Part shown: positions 62,949 to 64,000 of the stretch, one piece after another | How positions within the stretch are numbered: position 1 is the first letter of the stretch | How the letters are laid out: every line of letters starts with the position of its first letter | DNA from: Eledone cirrhosa | Lineage: Eukaryota | Assembly (NCBI GenBank): GCA_964016885.1 | Contig: OZ024743.1 | Location: 128,154,001-128,218,000 of the forward strand | Direction of reading: 5' to 3' | DNA length: 64,000 bases | The notes under the pieces: generated by a model | What the model was told of the DNA's origin: nothing | The model's database searches: none | The model's input: the letters and a program-made list of their open reading frames with translations, nothing else | Position numbers and translations under genes: made by a program

Positions 62949-64000
62949 AAATAAAAATTGTATGAGTATGTAGGCGTTCTTTGATTTCTTTTACATATAA
63001 CGGCTGTTCTTGTACATTGAGCTAATACAATACTGTCACAAATATGACACAGTGCAGATGCATTTATGCACATACGCTCCGTTTTCTACGTAAATATATA
63101 TATATATATGCATATACATATATATATATATATACTACTTGGCCAGGCATACCTGCCCCCACCACTCCACTGCAAAGATACCACACACCCTCCCGTGTCA
63201 CATTGTCCTTCAGACTCTCTCTCTCTCTGAATAACTAAAACTTTAATTGTATCTCTCTCTGTCTAACAGCCTATCTCTCTCTTTTCCCCTCCCTCTGTTT
63301 TTCTGTCTCTCTCTGTAGATGTGTGTGTGTAGTTTTCCTAATCTTTCTCTAAATCTCTCTCTCTATATATATATATATGAATAAAATTAGAGCAAGAAGA
63401 CAGGACTGTCCGTCATCAGTGATCTTCCAGCCATCATTGGTATTTCTTCGCATTAAGACCATATACCTCCGGCTGGTGTGAGCAATAACTAAAAAAGGTT
63501 ATTGGGACAAAAAGAATTGGGTGGAGAAAGCGAGACATGTAAAGAAACAGAGATGGTAAGGCAATGGAAAGAGAGGAAGATGAGAGACAAGTCCGTGATA
63601 TCTGTGAAGTTAAGTTAGAGCAAATCGTGGATGAGGAGAAAAGGATGTGTCCAGACCCTGTGAAATGTGAGCGAGAAAAGGATTTCACACAGGTCAGACG
63701 GGAGGAAGTGAGAGAGGGGGAGTAGCAGAGAGTGAGTGAGTGAAAGTGTGGGGAAGAGGCCAGCCGAGAGAGGGTGACTGGCAGAGGGGGTGAATGAAAG
63801 TAAGAGATACAAGGAGAGAGAAAGAGGATAGCAGTAAGAAAGAAACAGACTGTAAAATTCGAAAAACTCAGATTACATTGTGAATTAATAAATAAATCAA
63901 CTAATACCTTAACACTTCACACAAAGTAAAATATTTCGTTTTAATCATTTTCCAACCCAGAAAAAAGAGAAAAATAAAAAGGAAAAAAGATATATTTCTT

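Larger units (their letters stand above)
44908..64000 (+). repeat. Segmental duplication unit 3 (runs off the window end)
   Basis: Collinear with units 1 and 2; the window end matches 23640-23680. Confidence 0.95.

Overview
AT-rich animal genomic DNA, not prokaryotic. It carries (TA)n/(GA)n microsatellites, tRNA-derived SINEs, RTE LINEs, a Gypsy LTR element and Penelope-like relics. The SINE and LINE families look like octopod cephalopod repeats; this is an inference from recalled consensus sequences. From ~1913 onward the window is a head-to-tail segmental triplication: unit 1 ~1913-25466 (with a 200-N gap at 22787-22986), unit 2 25467-44907, and unit 3 44908->64000. Each unit holds decayed transposons and one intact spliced gene that the ORF track misses. 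The gene has five exons (10/170/129/231/147 coding nt), GT-AG introns in phases 1,0,0,0, and encodes a 228-aa secreted protein with a 22-aa signal peptide, 6 mature Cys and four amphipathic helices. Exon layout and local motifs match long-chain class I helical cytokines (IL-6/G-CSF/GH-prolactin/Unpaired type). It sits behind a TATA promoter with ISRE/IRF-, kB- and STAT-like motifs. The best candidate for a novel system is therefore a recently amplified cluster of an invertebrate IL-6-like cytokine. The cytokine identity is inferred by eye and needs structure or profile confirmation.
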